Origin: Auanema rhodensis
Taxonomy: Eukaryota > Animalia > Nematoda
Assembly: GCA_964057225.1 (NCBI GenBank)
Contig: OZ059894.1
Coordinates: 5,394,001 to 5,458,000 of the forward strand
Direction: 5' to 3'
Length of the DNA stretch: 64,000 bases
Shown: positions 1 to 15,000 of the stretch, in pieces
Numbering within the stretch: the stretch's first letter is position 1
Layout: the number at the start of each line of letters is the position of its first letter
Notes under the pieces: generated by a model
Told to the model about the DNA's origin: nothing
Databases searched by the model: none
Seen by the model: the letters and a program-made list of their open reading frames with translations, nothing else
Program-made: the position numbers and the translations under genes

Positions 1-3000
1 TTGGTGGATGGTAACCATGACTTTGAAATTTACGTGAACTTTAATTTATGCTAATTAAGTGTACACGTGATGTGCACTTGGTATGTAACTCGCTTCACGT
101 GAAAGATGAAGAGATGCGGTTTTCAAAATAGATTCCCCATTTCCATATTAGTCTGAAAACAAATTTTTATTAATATTGGTGCATGGTAACCATGACTTTG
201 AAATTTACGTGAACTTTAATTTATGCTAATTAAGTGTACACGTGATGTGCACTTGGTATGTAACTCGCTTCACGTGGAAGATGAAGAGATGCGGTTTTCA
301 AAATTAGATTCCCCATGTCCATATTAGTCTAAAAACAAATTTTTGTTGATATTGGTGGATGGTAACCATGACTTTGAAATTTACGTGAACTTTAATTTAT
401 GCTAATTAAGTGTACACGTGATGTGCACTTGGTATGTAACTCGCTTCACGTGAAAGATGAAGAGATGCGGTTTTCAAAATAGATTCCCCATTTCCATATT
501 AGTCTAAAAACAAATTTTTATTAATATTGGTGCATGGTAACCATGACTTTGAAATTTACGTGAACTTTAATTTATGCTAATTAAGTGTGCACGTGATGTG
601 CACTTGGTATGCAACTCGCTTCACGTGAAAGATGAAGAGATGCGGTTTTCAAAATTAGATTTCTCATGTCCATATTAGTCTAAAAACAAATTTTTGTTGA
701 TATTGGTGGATGGTAACCATGACTTTCAAATTTACGTGAACTTCAATTTATGCTAATTAAGTGTACACGTGATGTGCCCTTGGTATGTAACTCGCTTCAC
801 GTCAAAGATAAAGAGATGCGGTTTTCAAAATTAGATTCCCCATGTCCATATTAGTCTAAAAACAAATTTTTATTGATATTGGTGCATGGTAACCATGACT
901 TTGAAATTTACGTGAACTTTAATTTATGCTAATTAAGTGTACACGTGATGTGCACTTGGTATGTAACTCGCTTCACGTGAAAGATGAAGAGATGCGGTTT
1001 TCAAAATTAGATTCCTCATGTCCATATTAGTCTAAAAACAAATTTTTGTTGATATTGGTGCATGGTAACCATGACTTTGAAATTTACGTGAACTTTAATT
1101 TATGCTAATTAAGTGTACACGTGATGTGCCCTTGGTATGTAACTCGCTTCACGTGAAAGATAAAGAGATGCGGTTTTCAAAATAGATTCCCCATTTCCAT
1201 ATTAGTCTAAAAACAAATTTTTATTGATATTGGTGCATGGCAACCATGACTTTAAAATTTACGTGAACTTTCATTTATGCTAATTAAGTGTACACATGAT
1301 GTGCACTTGGTATGTAACTCGCTTCACGTGAAAGATAAAGAGATGCGGTTTTCAAAATAGATTCCCCATTTCCATATTAGTCTAAAAACAAATTTTTATT
1401 GATATTGGTGCATGGCAACCATGACTTTAAAATTTACGTGAACTTTAATTTATGCTAATTAAGTGTACACATGATGTGCACTTGGTATGTAACTCGCTTC
1501 ACGTCAATGATAAAGAGATGCGGTTTTCAAAATTAGATTCCTCATGTCCATATAAGTCTAGAAACGAATTTTTATTGATATTGATGCATGGTAACCATGA
1601 CTTCGAAATTTACGTGAACTTTAATTTATGCTTATTAAGTGTACATGTGATATGCACTTGGTATGTAACTCGCTTCACGTCAAAGATAAAGAGATGCGGT
1701 TTTCAAAATTAGATTCCCCATGTCCATATTAGTCTAAAAACAAATTTTTATTGATATTGGTGCATGGCAACCATGACTTTAAAATTTACGTGAACTTTAA
1801 TTTATGCTAATTAAGTGTACACATGATGTGCACTTGGTATGTAACTCGCTTCACGTCAATGATAAAGAGATGCGGTTTTCAAAATTAGATTCCTCATGTC
1901 CATATAAGTCTAAAAACGAATTTTTATTGATATTGATGCATGGTAACCATGACTTCGAAATTTACGTGAACTTTAATTTATGCTTATTAAGTGTACATGT
2001 GATGTGCACTTGGTATGTAACTCGCTTCACGTCAAAGATAAAGAGATGCGGTTTTCAAAATTAGATTCCCCATGTCCATATTAGTCTAAAAACAAATTTT
2101 TATTGATATTGGTGCATGGTAACCATGACTTTGAAATTTACGTGAACTTTAATTTATGCTAATTAAGTGTACACGTGATGTGCACTTGGTATGTAACTCG
2201 CTTCACGTGAAAGATGAAGAGATGCGGTTTTCAAAATTAGATTCCCCATGTCCATATTAGTCTAAAAACAAATTTTTGTTGATATTGGTCGATGGTAACC
2301 ATGACTTTGAAATTTACGTGAACTTTAATTTATGCTAATTAAGTGTACACGTGATGTGCACTTGGTATGTAACTAGCTTCACGTGAAAGATGAAGAGATG
2401 CGGTTTTCAAAATTAGATTCCCCATGTCCATATTAGTCTAAAAACAAATTTTTGTTGATATTGGTGGATGGTAACCATGACTTTCAAATTTACGTGAACT
2501 TCAATTTATGCTAATTAAGTGTACACGTGATGTGCCCTTGGTATGTAACTCGCTTCACGCCAAAGATAAAGAGATGCGGTTTTCAAAATTAGATTCCCCA
2601 TGTCCATATTAGTCTAAAAACAAATTTTTGTTGATATTGGTCGATGGTAACCATGACTTTGAAATTTACGTGAACTTTAATTTATGCTAATTAAGTGTGC
2701 ACGTGATGTGCACTTGGTATGCAACTCGCTTCACGTGAAAGATGAAGAGATGCGGTTTTCAAAATTAGATTTCTCATGTCGATATTAGTCTAAAAACAAA
2801 TTTTTGTTGATATTGGTGGATGGTAACCATGACTTCGAAATTTACGTGAACTTTAATTTATGCTTATTAAGTGTACATGTGATGTGCACTTGGTATGTAA
2901 CTCGCTTCACGTCAAAGATAAAGAGATGCGGTTTTCAAAATTAGATTCCCCATGTCCATATTAGTCTAAAAACAAATTTTTATTGATATTGGTGCATGGT

Positions 3001-6000
3001 AACCATGACTTTGAAATTTACGTGAACTTTAATTTATGCTAATTAAGTGTACACTTGATGTGCACTTGGTATGTAACTCGCTTCACGTGAAAGATGAAGA
3101 GATGCGGTTTTCAAAATTAGATTCCCCATGTCCATATTAGTCTAAAAACAAATTTTTGTTGATATTGGTGGATGGTAACCATGACTTTGAAATTTACGTG
3201 AACTTTAATTTATGCTAATTAAGTGTACACGTGATGTGCACTTGGTATGTAACTCGCTTCACGTGAAAGATGAAGAGATGCGGTTTTCAAAATAGATTCC
3301 CCATTTCCATATTAGTCTAAAAACAAATTTTTATTGATATTGGTGCATGGTAACCATGACTTTGAAATTTACGTGAACTTTAATTTATGCTAATTAAGTG
3401 TACACGTGATGTGCACTTGGTATGTACCTAGCTTCACGTGAAAGATGAAGAGATGCGGTTTTCAAAATTAGATTTCTCATGTCCATATTAGTCTAAAAAC
3501 AAATTTTTATTGATATTGGTGCATGGTAACCATGACTTTGAATTTTACGTGAACTTTAATTTATGCTAATTAAGTGTACACGTGATGTGCACTTGGTATG
3601 TATCTCGCTTCACGTGAAAGATAAAGAGATGCGGTTTTCAAAATTAGATTCCTCATGTCCATATTAGTCTAAAAACGAATTTTTATTGATATTGATGCAT
3701 GGTAACCATGACTTCGAAATTTACGTGAACTTTAATTTATGCTTATTAAGTGTACATGTGATGTGCACTTGGTATGTAACTCGCTTCACGTGAAAGATAA
3801 AGGGATGCGGTTTTCAAAATTAGATTCCCCATGTCCATAATAGTCTAAACACAAATTTTTATTGATATTGGTGCATGGTAACCATGACTTTAAATTTTAC
3901 GTGAACTTTAATTTATGCTAATTAAGTGTACACATGATGTGCACATGGTATGTAACTCGCTTCACGTGAAAGATAAAGAGATGCGGTTTTCAAAATAGAT
4001 TCCCCATTTCCATATTAGTCTAAAAACAAATTTTTATTGATATTGGTGCATGGCAACCATGACTTTAAAATTTACCTGAACTTTAATTTATGCTAATTAA
4101 GTGTACACATGATGTGCGCTTGGTACGTAACTCGCTTCACGTGAAAGATAAAGGGATGCGGTTTTCAAAATTAGATTCCCCATGTCCATATTAGTCTAAA
4201 AACAAATTTTTATTAATATGGGTGCATGGTAACCATGACTTTGAAATTTACGTGAACTTTAATTTATGCTAATTAAGTGTACACATGATGTGCGCTTGGT
4301 ACGTAACTCGCTTCACGTGAAAGATAAAGAGATGCGGTTTTCAAAATTAGATTCCCCATGTCCATATTAGTCTAAAAACAAATTTGTATTGATATTGGTG
4401 CATGGTAACCATGACTTTGAAATTTACGTGAACTTTAATTTATGCTAATTAAGTGTACACGTGATGTGCACTTGGTATGTAACTCGCTTCACGTGGAAGA
4501 TGAAGAGATGCGGTTTTCAAAATTAGATTCCTCATGTCCATATTAGTCTAAAAACAAATTTTTGTTGATATTGGTGGATGGTAACCATGACTTTGAAATT
4601 TACGTGAACTTTAATTTATGCTAATTAAGTGTACACGTGATGTGCACTTGGTATGTAACTAGCTTCACGTGAAAGATGAAGAGTTGCGGTTTTCAAAATT
4701 AGATTCCCCATGTCCATATTAGTCTAAAAACAAATTTTTGTTGATATTGGTGGATGGTAACCATGACTTTCAAATTTACGTGAACTTCAATTTATGCTAA
4801 TTAAGTGTACACGTGATGTGCCCTTGGTATGTAACTCGCTTCACGTGAAAGATAAAGAGATGCGGTTTTCAAAATAGATTCCCCATTTCCATATTAGTCT
4901 AAAAACAAATTTTTATTGATATTGGTGCATGGCAACCATGACTTTAAAATTTACGTGAACTTTCATTTATGCTAATTAAGTGTACACATGATGTGCACTT
5001 GGTATGTAACTCGCTTCAAGTGAAAGATAAAGAGATGCGGTTTTCAAAATAGATTCCCCATTTCCATATTAGTCTAAAAACAAATTTTTATTGATATTGG
5101 TGCATGGCAACCATGACTTTAAAATTTACGTGAACTTTAATTTATGCTAATTAAGTGTACACATGATGTGCACTTGGTATGTAACTCGCTTCACGTCAAT
5201 GATAAAGAGATGCGGTTTTCAAAATTAGATTCCTCATGTCCATATAAGTCTAAAAACGAATTTTTATTGATATTGATGCATGGTAACCATGACTTCGAAA
5301 TTTACGTGAACTTTAATTTATGCTTATTAAGTGTACATGTGATGTGCACTTGGTATGTAACTCGCTTCACGTCAAAGATAAAGAGATGCGGTTTTCAAAA
5401 TAAGATTCCCCATGTCCATATTAGTCTAAAAACAAATTTTTATTGATATTGGTGCATGGTAACCATGACTTTGAAATTTACGTGAACTTTAATTTATGCT
5501 AATTAAGTGTACACGTGATGTGCACTTGGTATGTAACTCCCTTCACGTGAAAGATGAAGAGATGCGGTTTTCAAAATTAGATTCCCCATGTCCATATTAG
5601 TCTAAAAACAAATTTTTGTTGATATTGGTGGATGGTAACCATGACTTTGAAATTTACGTGAACTTTAATTTATGCTAATTAAGTGTACACGTGATGTGCA
5701 CTTGGTATGTAACTAGCTTCACGTGAAAGATGAAGAGATGCGGTTTTCAAAATTAGATTCCCCATGTCCATATTAGTCTAAAAACAAATTTTTGTTGATA
5801 TTGGTGGATGGTAACCATGACTTTCAAATTTACGTGAACTTTAATTTATGCTAATTAAGTGTACACATGATGTGCACTTGGTATGTAACTCGCTTCACGT
5901 CAATGATAAAGAGATGCGGTTTTCAAAATTAGATTCCTCATGTCCATATAAGTCTAAAAACGAATTTTTATTGATATTGATGCATGGTAACCATGACTTC

Positions 6001-9000
6001 GAAATTTACGTGAACTTTAATTTATGCTTATTAAGTGTACATGTGATGTGCACTTGGTATGTAACTCGCTTCACGTCAAAGATAAAGAGATGCGGTTTTC
6101 AAAATAAGATTCCCCATGTCCATATTAGTCTAAAAACAAATTTTTATTGATATTGGTGCATGGTAACCATGACTTTGAAATTTACGTGAACTTTAATTTA
6201 TGCTAATTAAGTGTACACGTGATGTGCACTTGGTATGTAACTCCCTTCACGTGAAAGATGAAGAGATGCGGTTTTCAAAATTAGATTCCCCATGTCCATA
6301 TTAGTCTAAAAACAAATTTTTGTTGATATTGGTGGATGGTAACCATGACTTTGAAATTTACGTGAACTTTAATTTATGCTAATTAAGTGTACACGTGATG
6401 TGCACTTGGTATGTAACTAGCTTCACGTGAAAGATGAAGAGATGCGGTTTTCAAAATTAGATTCCCCATGTCCATATTAGTCTAAAAACAAATTTTTGTT
6501 GATATTGGTGGATGGTAACCATGACTTTCAAATTTACGTGAACTTTAATTTATGCTAATTAAGTGTACACATGATGTGCACTTGGTATGTAACTCGCTTC
6601 ACGTGAAAGATAAAGAGATGCGGTTTTCAAAATAGATTCCCCATTTCCATATTAGTCTAAAAACAAATTTTTATTGATATTGGTGCATGGCAACCATGAC
6701 TTTAAAATTTACGTGAACTTTAATTTATGCTAATTAAGTGTACACATGATGTGCACTTGGTATGTAACTCGCTTCACGTCAATGATAAAGAGATGCGGTT
6801 TTCAAAATTAGATTCCTCATGTCCATATAAGTCTAAAAACGAATTTTTATTGATATTGATGCATGGTAACCATGACTTCGAAATTTACGTGAACTTTAAT
6901 TTATGCTTATTAAGTGTACATGTGATGTGCACTTGGTATGTAACTCGCTTCACGTCAAAGATAAAGAGATGCGGTTTTCAAAATTAGATTCCCCATGTCT
7001 ATATTAGTCTAAAAACAAATTTTTATTGATATTGGTGCATGGTAACCATGACTTTGAAATTTACGTGAACTTTAATTTATGCTAATTAAGTGTACACGTG
7101 ATGTGCACTTGGTATGTAACTCGCTTCACGTGAAAGATGAAGAGATGAGGTTTTCAAAATTAGATTCCCCATGTCGATATTAGTCTAAAAACAAATTTTT
7201 GTTGATATTGGTGGATGGTAACCATGACTTTGAAATTTACGTGAACTTTAATTTATGCTAATTAAGTGTACACGTGATGTGCACTTGGTATGTAACTCGC
7301 TTCACGTGGAAGATGAAGAGATGCGGTTTTCAAAATTAGATTCCTCATGTCCATATTAGTCTAAAAACAAATTTTTGTTGATATTGGTGGATGGTAACCA
7401 TGACTTTGAAATTTACGTGAACTTTAATTTATGCTAATTAAGTGTACACGTGATGTGCACTTGGTATGTAACTAGCTTCACGTGAAAGATGAAGAGATGC
7501 GGTTTTCAAAATTAGATTCCCCATGTCCATATTAGTCTAAAAACAAATTTTTGTTGATATTGGTGGATGGTAACCATGACTTTCAAATTTACGTGAACTT
7601 CAATTTATGCTAATTAAGTGTACACGTGATGTGCCCTTGGTATGTAACTCGCTTCACGTGAAAGATAAAGAGATGCGGTTTTCAAAATTAGATTCCCCAT
7701 GTCCATATTAGTCTAAAAACAAATTTGTATTGATATTGGTGGATGGTAACCATGACTTTGAAATTTACGTGAACTTTAATTTATGCTAATTAAGTGTACA
7801 CATGATGTGCGCTTGGTACGTAACTCGCTTCACGTGAAAGATAAAGAGATGCGGTTTTCAAAATTAGATTCCCCATGTCCATATTAGTCTAAAAACAAAT
7901 TTGTATTGATATTGGTGCATGGTAACCATGACTTTGAAATTTACGTGAACTTTAATTTATGCTAATTAAGTGTACACGTGATGTGCACTTGGTATGTAAC
8001 TCGCTTCACGTGGAAGATGAAGAGATGCGGTTTTCAAAATTAGATTCCTCATGTCCATATTAGTCTAAAAACAAATTTTTGTTGATATTGGTGGATGGTA
8101 ACCATGACTTTGAAATTTACGTGAACTTTAATTTATGCTAATTAAGTGTACACGTGATGTGCACTTGGTATGTAACTAGCTTCACGTGAAAGATGAAGAG
8201 ATGCGGTTTTCAAAATTAGATTCCCCATGTCCATATTAGTCTAAAAACAAATTTTTGTTGATATTGGTGGATGGTAACCATGACTTTCAAATTTACGTGA
8301 ACTTCAATTTATGCTAATTAAGTGTACACGTGATGTGCCCTTGGTATGTAACTCGCTTCACGTGAAAGATAAAGAGATGCGGTTTTCAAAATAGATTCCC
8401 CATTTCCATATTAGTCTAAAAACAAATTTTTATTGATATTGGTGCATGGCAACCATGACTTTAAAATTTACGTGAACTTTCATTTATGCTAATTAAGTGT
8501 ACACATGATGTGCACTTGGTATGTAACTCGCTTCACGTGAAAGATAAAGAGATGCGGTTTTCAAAATAGATTCCCCATTTCCATATTAGTCTAAAAACAA
8601 ATTTTTATTGATATTGGTGCATGGCAACCATGACTTTAAAATTTACGTGAACTTTAATTTATGCTAATTAAGTGTACACATGATGTGCACTTGGTATGTA
8701 ACTCGCTTCACGTCAATGATAAAGAGATGCGGTTTTCAAAATTAGATTCCTCATGTCCATATAAGTCTAAAAACGAATTTTTATTGATATTGATGCATGG
8801 TAACCATGACTTCGAAATTTACGTGAACTTTAATTTATGCTTATTAAGTGTACATGTGATGTGCACTTGGTATGTAACTCGCTTCACGTCAAAGATAAAG
8901 AGATGCAGTTTTCAAAATTAGATTCCCCATGTCCATATAAGTCTAAAAACAAATTTTTGTTGATATTGGTGGATGGTAACCATGACTTTGAAATTTACGT

Positions 9001-12000
9001 GAACTTTAATTTATGCTAATTAAGTGTACACGTGATGTGCACTTGGTATGTAACTAGCTTCACGTGAAAGATGAAGAGATGCGGTTTTCAAAATTAGATT
9101 CCCCATGTCCATATTAGTCTAAAAACAAATTTTTGTTGATATTGGTGGATGGTAACCATGACTTTCAAATTTACGTGAACTTCAATTTATGCTAATTAAG
9201 TGTACACGTGATGTGCCCTTGGTATGTAACTCGCTTCACGTGAAAGATAAAGAGATGCGGTTTTCAAAATAGATTCCCCATTTCCATATTAGTCTAAAAA
9301 CAAATTTTTATTGATATTGGTGCATGGCAACCATGACTTTAAAATTTACGTGAACTTTCATTTATGCTAATTAAGTGTACACATGATGTGCACTTGGTAT
9401 GTAACTCGCTTCACGTGAAAGATAAAGAGATGCGGTTTTCAAAATAGATTCCCCATTTCCATATTAGTCTAAAAACAAATTTTTATTGATATTGGTGCAT
9501 GGCAACCATGACTTTAAAATTTACGTGAACTTTAATTTATGCTAATTAAGTGTACACATGATGTGCACTTGGTATGTAACTCGCTTCACGTCAATGATAA
9601 AGAGATGCGGTTTTCAAAATTAGATTCCTCATGTCCATATAAGTCTAAAAACGAATTTTTATTGATATTGATGCATGGTAACCATGACTTCGAAATTTAC
9701 GTGAACTTTAATTTATGCTTATTAAGTGTACATGTGATGTGCACTTGGTATGTAACTCGCTTCACGTCAAAGATAAAGAGATGCAGTTTTCAAAATTAGA
9801 TTCCCCATGTCCATATTAGTCTAAAAACAAATTTTTATTGATATTGGTGCATGGTAACCATGACTTTAAAATTTACGTGAACTTTAATTTATGCTAATTA
9901 AGTGTACACATGATGTGCACTTGGTATGTAACTCGCTTCACGTGAAAGATAAAGAGATGCGGTTTTCAAAATAGATTCCCCATTTCCATATTAGTCTAAA
10001 AACAAATTTTTATTGATATTGGTGCATGGCAACCATGACTTTAAAATTTACGTGAACTTTAATTTATGCTAATTAAGTGTACACATGATGTGCACTTGGT
10101 ATGTAACTCGCTTCACGTGAAAGATAAAGAGATGCGGTTTTCAAAATTAGATTCCCCATGTCCATATTAGTCTAAAAACAAATTTTTATTAATATGGGTG
10201 CATGGTAACCATGACTTTGAAATTTACGTGAACTTTAATTTATGCTACTTAAGTGTACACATGATGTGCGCTTGGTACGTAACTCGCTTCACGTGAAAGA
10301 TGAAGAGATGCGGTTTTCAAAATTAGATTCCCCATGTCCATATTAGTCTAAAAACAAATTTGTATTGATATTGGTGCATGGTAACCATGACTTTGAAATT
10401 TACGTGAACTTTAATTTATGCTAATTAAGTGTACACGTGATGTGCACTTGGTATGTAACTCGCTTCACGTGGAAGATGAAGAGATGCGGTTTTCAAAATT
10501 AGATTCCTCATGTCCATATTAGTCTAAAAACAAATTTTTGTTGTTATTGGTGGATGGTAACCATGACATTGAAATTTACGTGAACTTTAATTTATGCTAA
10601 TTAAGTGTACACGTGATGTGCACTTGGTATGTAACTAGCTTCACGTGAAAGATGAAGAGATGCGGTTTTCAAAATTAGATTCCCCATGTCCATATTAGTC
10701 TAAAAACAAATTTTTGTTGATATTGGTGGATGGTAACCATGACTTTCAAATTTACGTGAACTTCAATTTATGCTAATTAAGTGTACACGTGATGTGCCCT
10801 TGGTATGTAACTCGCTTCACGTGAAAGATAAAGAGATGCGGTTTTCAAAATAGATTCCCCATTTCCATATTAGTCTAAAAACAAATTTTTATTGATATTG
10901 GTGCATGGCAACCATGACTTTAAAATTTACGTGAACTTTCATTTATGCTAATTAAGTGTACACATGATGTGCACTTGGTATGTAACTCGCTTCAAGTGAA
11001 AGATAAAGAGATGCGGTTTTCAAAATAGATTCCCCATTTCCATATTAGTCTAAAAACAAATTTTTATTGATATTGGTGCATGGCAACCATGACTTCGAAA
11101 TTTACGTGAACTTTAATTTATGCTTATTAAGTGTACATGTGATGTGCACTTGGTATGTAACTCGCTTCACGTCAAAGATAAAGAGATGCGGTTTTCAAAA
11201 TTAGATTCCTCATGTCCATATAAGTCTAAAAACGAATTTTTATTGATATTGATGCATGGTAACCATGACTTCGAAATTTACGTGAACTTTAATTTATGCT
11301 TATTAAGTGTACATGTGATGTGCACTTGGTATGTAACTCGCTTCACGTCAAAGATAAAGAGATGCGGTTTTCAAAATAAGATTCCCCATGTCCATATTAG
11401 TCTAAAAACAAATTTTTATTGATATTGGTGCATGGTAACCATGACTTTGAAATTTACGTGAACTTTAATTTATGCTAATTAAGTGTACACGTGATGTGCA
11501 CTTGGTATGTAACTCCCTTCACGTGAAAGATGAAGAGATGCGGTTTTCAAAATTAGATTCCCCATGTCCATATTAGTCTAAAAACAAATTTTTATTGATA
11601 TTGGTGCATGGTAACCATGACTTTGAAATTTACGTGAACTTTAATTTATGCTAATTAAGTGTACACGTGATGTGCACTTGGTATGTAACTCGCTTCACGT
11701 CAAAGATAAAGAGATGCGGTTTTCAAAATAAGATTCCCCATGTCCATATTAGTCTAAAAACAAATTTTTATTGATATTGGTGCATGGTAACCATGACTTT
11801 GAAATTTACGTGAACTTTAATTTATGCTTATTAAGTGTACATGTGATGTGCACTTGGTATGTAACTCGCTTCACGTCAAAGATAAAGAGATGCGGTTTTC
11901 AAAAGTAGATTCCTCATGTCCATATAAGTCTAAAAACGAATTTTTATTGATATTGATGCATGGTAACCATGACTTCGAAATTTACGTGAACTTTAATTTA

Positions 12001-15000
12001 TGCTTATTAAGTGTACATGTGATGTGCACTTGGTATGTAACTCGCTTCACGTCAAAGATAAAGAGATGCGGTTTTCAAAATAAGATTCCCCATGTCCATA
12101 TTAGTCTAAAAACAAATTTTTATTGATATTGGTGCATGGTAACCATGACTTTGAAATTTACGTGAACTTTAATTTATGCTAATTAAGTGTACACGTGATG
12201 TGCACTTGGTATGTAACTCCCTTCACGTGAAAGATGAAGAGATGCGGTTTTCAAAATTAGATTCCCCATGTCTATATTAGTCTAAAAACAAATTTTTGTT
12301 GATATTGGTGGATGGTAACCATGACTTTGAAATTTACGTGAACTTTAATTTATGCTAATTAAGTGTACACGTGATGTGCACTTGGTATGTAACTCGCTTC
12401 ACGTGAAAGATGAAGAGATGCGGTTTTCAAAATTAGATTCCCCATGTCGATATTAGTCTAAAAACAAATTTTTGTTGATATTGGTGGATGGTAACCATGA
12501 CTTTAAAATTTACGTGAACTTTAATTTATGCTAATTAAGTGTACACATGATGTGCACTTGGTATGTAACTCGCTTCACGTCAATGATAAAGAGATGCGGT
12601 TTTCAAAATTAGATTCCTCATGTCCATATAAGTCTAAAAACGAATTTTTTTTGATATTGATGCATGGTAACCATGACTTCGAAATTTACGTGAACTTTAA
12701 TTTATGCTTATTAAGTGTACATGTGATGTGCACTTGGTATGTAACTCGCTTCACGTCAAAGATAAAGAGATGCGGTTTTCAAAATTAGATTCCCCATGTC
12801 TATATTAGTCTAAAAACAAATTTTTATTGATATTGGTGCATGGTAACCATGACTTTGAAATTTACGTGAACTTTAATTTATGCTAATTAAGTGTACACGT
12901 GATGTGCACTTGGTATGTAACTCGCTTCACGTGAAAGATGAAGAGATGCGGTTTTCAAAATTAGATTCCCCATGTCGATATTAGTCTAAAAATAAATTTT
13001 TGTTGATATTGGTGGATGGTAACCATGACTTTGAAATTTACGTGAACTTTAATTTATGCTAATTAAGTGTACACATGATGTGCACTTGGTATGTAACTCG
13101 CTTCACGTCAATGATAAAGAGATGCGGTTTTCAAAATTAGATTCCTCATGTCCATATTAGTCTAAAAACAAATTTTTGTTGATATTGGTGGATGGTAACC
13201 ATGACTTTGAAATTTACGTGAACTTTAATTTATGCTAATTAAGTGTACACGTGATGTGCACTTGGTATGTAACTAGCTTCACGTGAAAGATGAAGAGATG
13301 CGGTTTTCAAAATTAGATTCCCCATGTCCATATTAGTCTAAAAACAAATTTTTGTTGATATTGGTGGATGGTAACCATGACTTTCAAATTTACGTGAACT
13401 TCAATTTATGCTAATTAAGTGTACACGTGATGTGCCCTTGGTATGTAACTCGCTTCACGTGAAAGATAAAGAGATGCGGTTTTCAAAATAGATTCCCCAT
13501 TTCCATATTAGTCTAAAAACAAATTTTTATTGATATTGGTGCATGGCAACCATGACTTTAAAATTTACGTGAACTTTCATTTATGCTAATTAAGTGTACA
13601 CGTGATGTGCACTTGGTATGTAACTCGCTTCACGTGAAAGATGAAGAGATGCGGTTTTCAAAATTAGATTCCCCATGTCCATATTAGTCTAAAAACAAAT
13701 TTTTATTGATATCGGTGCATGGTAACCATGACTTTGAAATTTACGTGAACTTTAATTTATGCTAATTAAGTGTACACGTGATGTGCACTTGGTATGTAAC
13801 TCGCTTCACGTGAAAGATGAAGAGATGCGGTTTTCAAAATTAGATTCCCCATGTCGATATTAGTCTAAAAACAAATTTTTGTTGATATTGGTGGATGGTA
13901 ACCATGACTTTGAAATTTACGTGAACTTTAATTTATGCTAATTAAGTGTACACATGATGTGCACTTGGTATGTAACTCGCTTCACGTCAAAGATAAAGAG
14001 ATGCGGTTTTCAAAATTAGATTCCCCATGTCCATATTAGTCTAAAAACAAATTTTTGTTGATATTGGTGGATGGTAACCATGACTTTCAAATTTACGTGA
14101 ACTTCAATTTATGCTAATTAAATGTACACGTGATGTGCACTTGGTATGTAACTCGCTTCACGTGAAAGATAAAGAGATGCGGTTTCCAAAATTAGATTCC
14201 CCATGTCCATATTAGTCTAAAAACAAATTTTTGTTGATATTGGTGGATGGTAACCATGACTTTCAAATTTACGTGAACTTTAATTTATGCTTATTAAGTG
14301 TACATGTGATATGCACTTGGTATGTAACTCGCTTCACGTGAAAGATAAAGAGATGCGGTTTTCAAAATTAGATTCCCCATGTCCATATTAGTCTAAAAAC
14401 AAATTTTTATTGATAATGGTGGATGGTAACCATGACTTTGAAATTTACGTGAACTTTAATTTATGCTAATTAAGTGTACACGTGATGTGCCCTTGGTATG
14501 TAACTAGCTTCACGTGAAAGATGAAGAGATGCGGTTTTCAAAATAGATTCCCCATGTCCATATTAGTCTAAAAACAAATTTTTATTGATATTGGTGGATG
14601 GTAACCATGACTTTAAAATTTACGTGAACTTCAATTTATGCTAATTAAGTGTACACATGATGTGCACTTGGTATGTAACTCGCTTCACGTCAAAGATAAA
14701 GAGATGCGGTTTTCAAAATTAGATTCCCCATGTCCATATTAGTCTAAAAACGAATTTTTATTGATATTGATGCATGGTAACCATGACTTCGAAATTTACG
14801 TGAACTTTAATTTATGCTTATTAAGTGTACATGTGATGTGCACTTGGTATGTAACTCGCTTCACGTGAAAGATAAAGGGATGCGGTTTTAAAAATTAGAT
14901 TCCCCATGTCCATAATAGTCTAAACACAAATTTTTATTGATATTGGTGCATGGTAACCATGACTTTAAATTTTACGTGAACTTTAATTTATGCTTATTAA

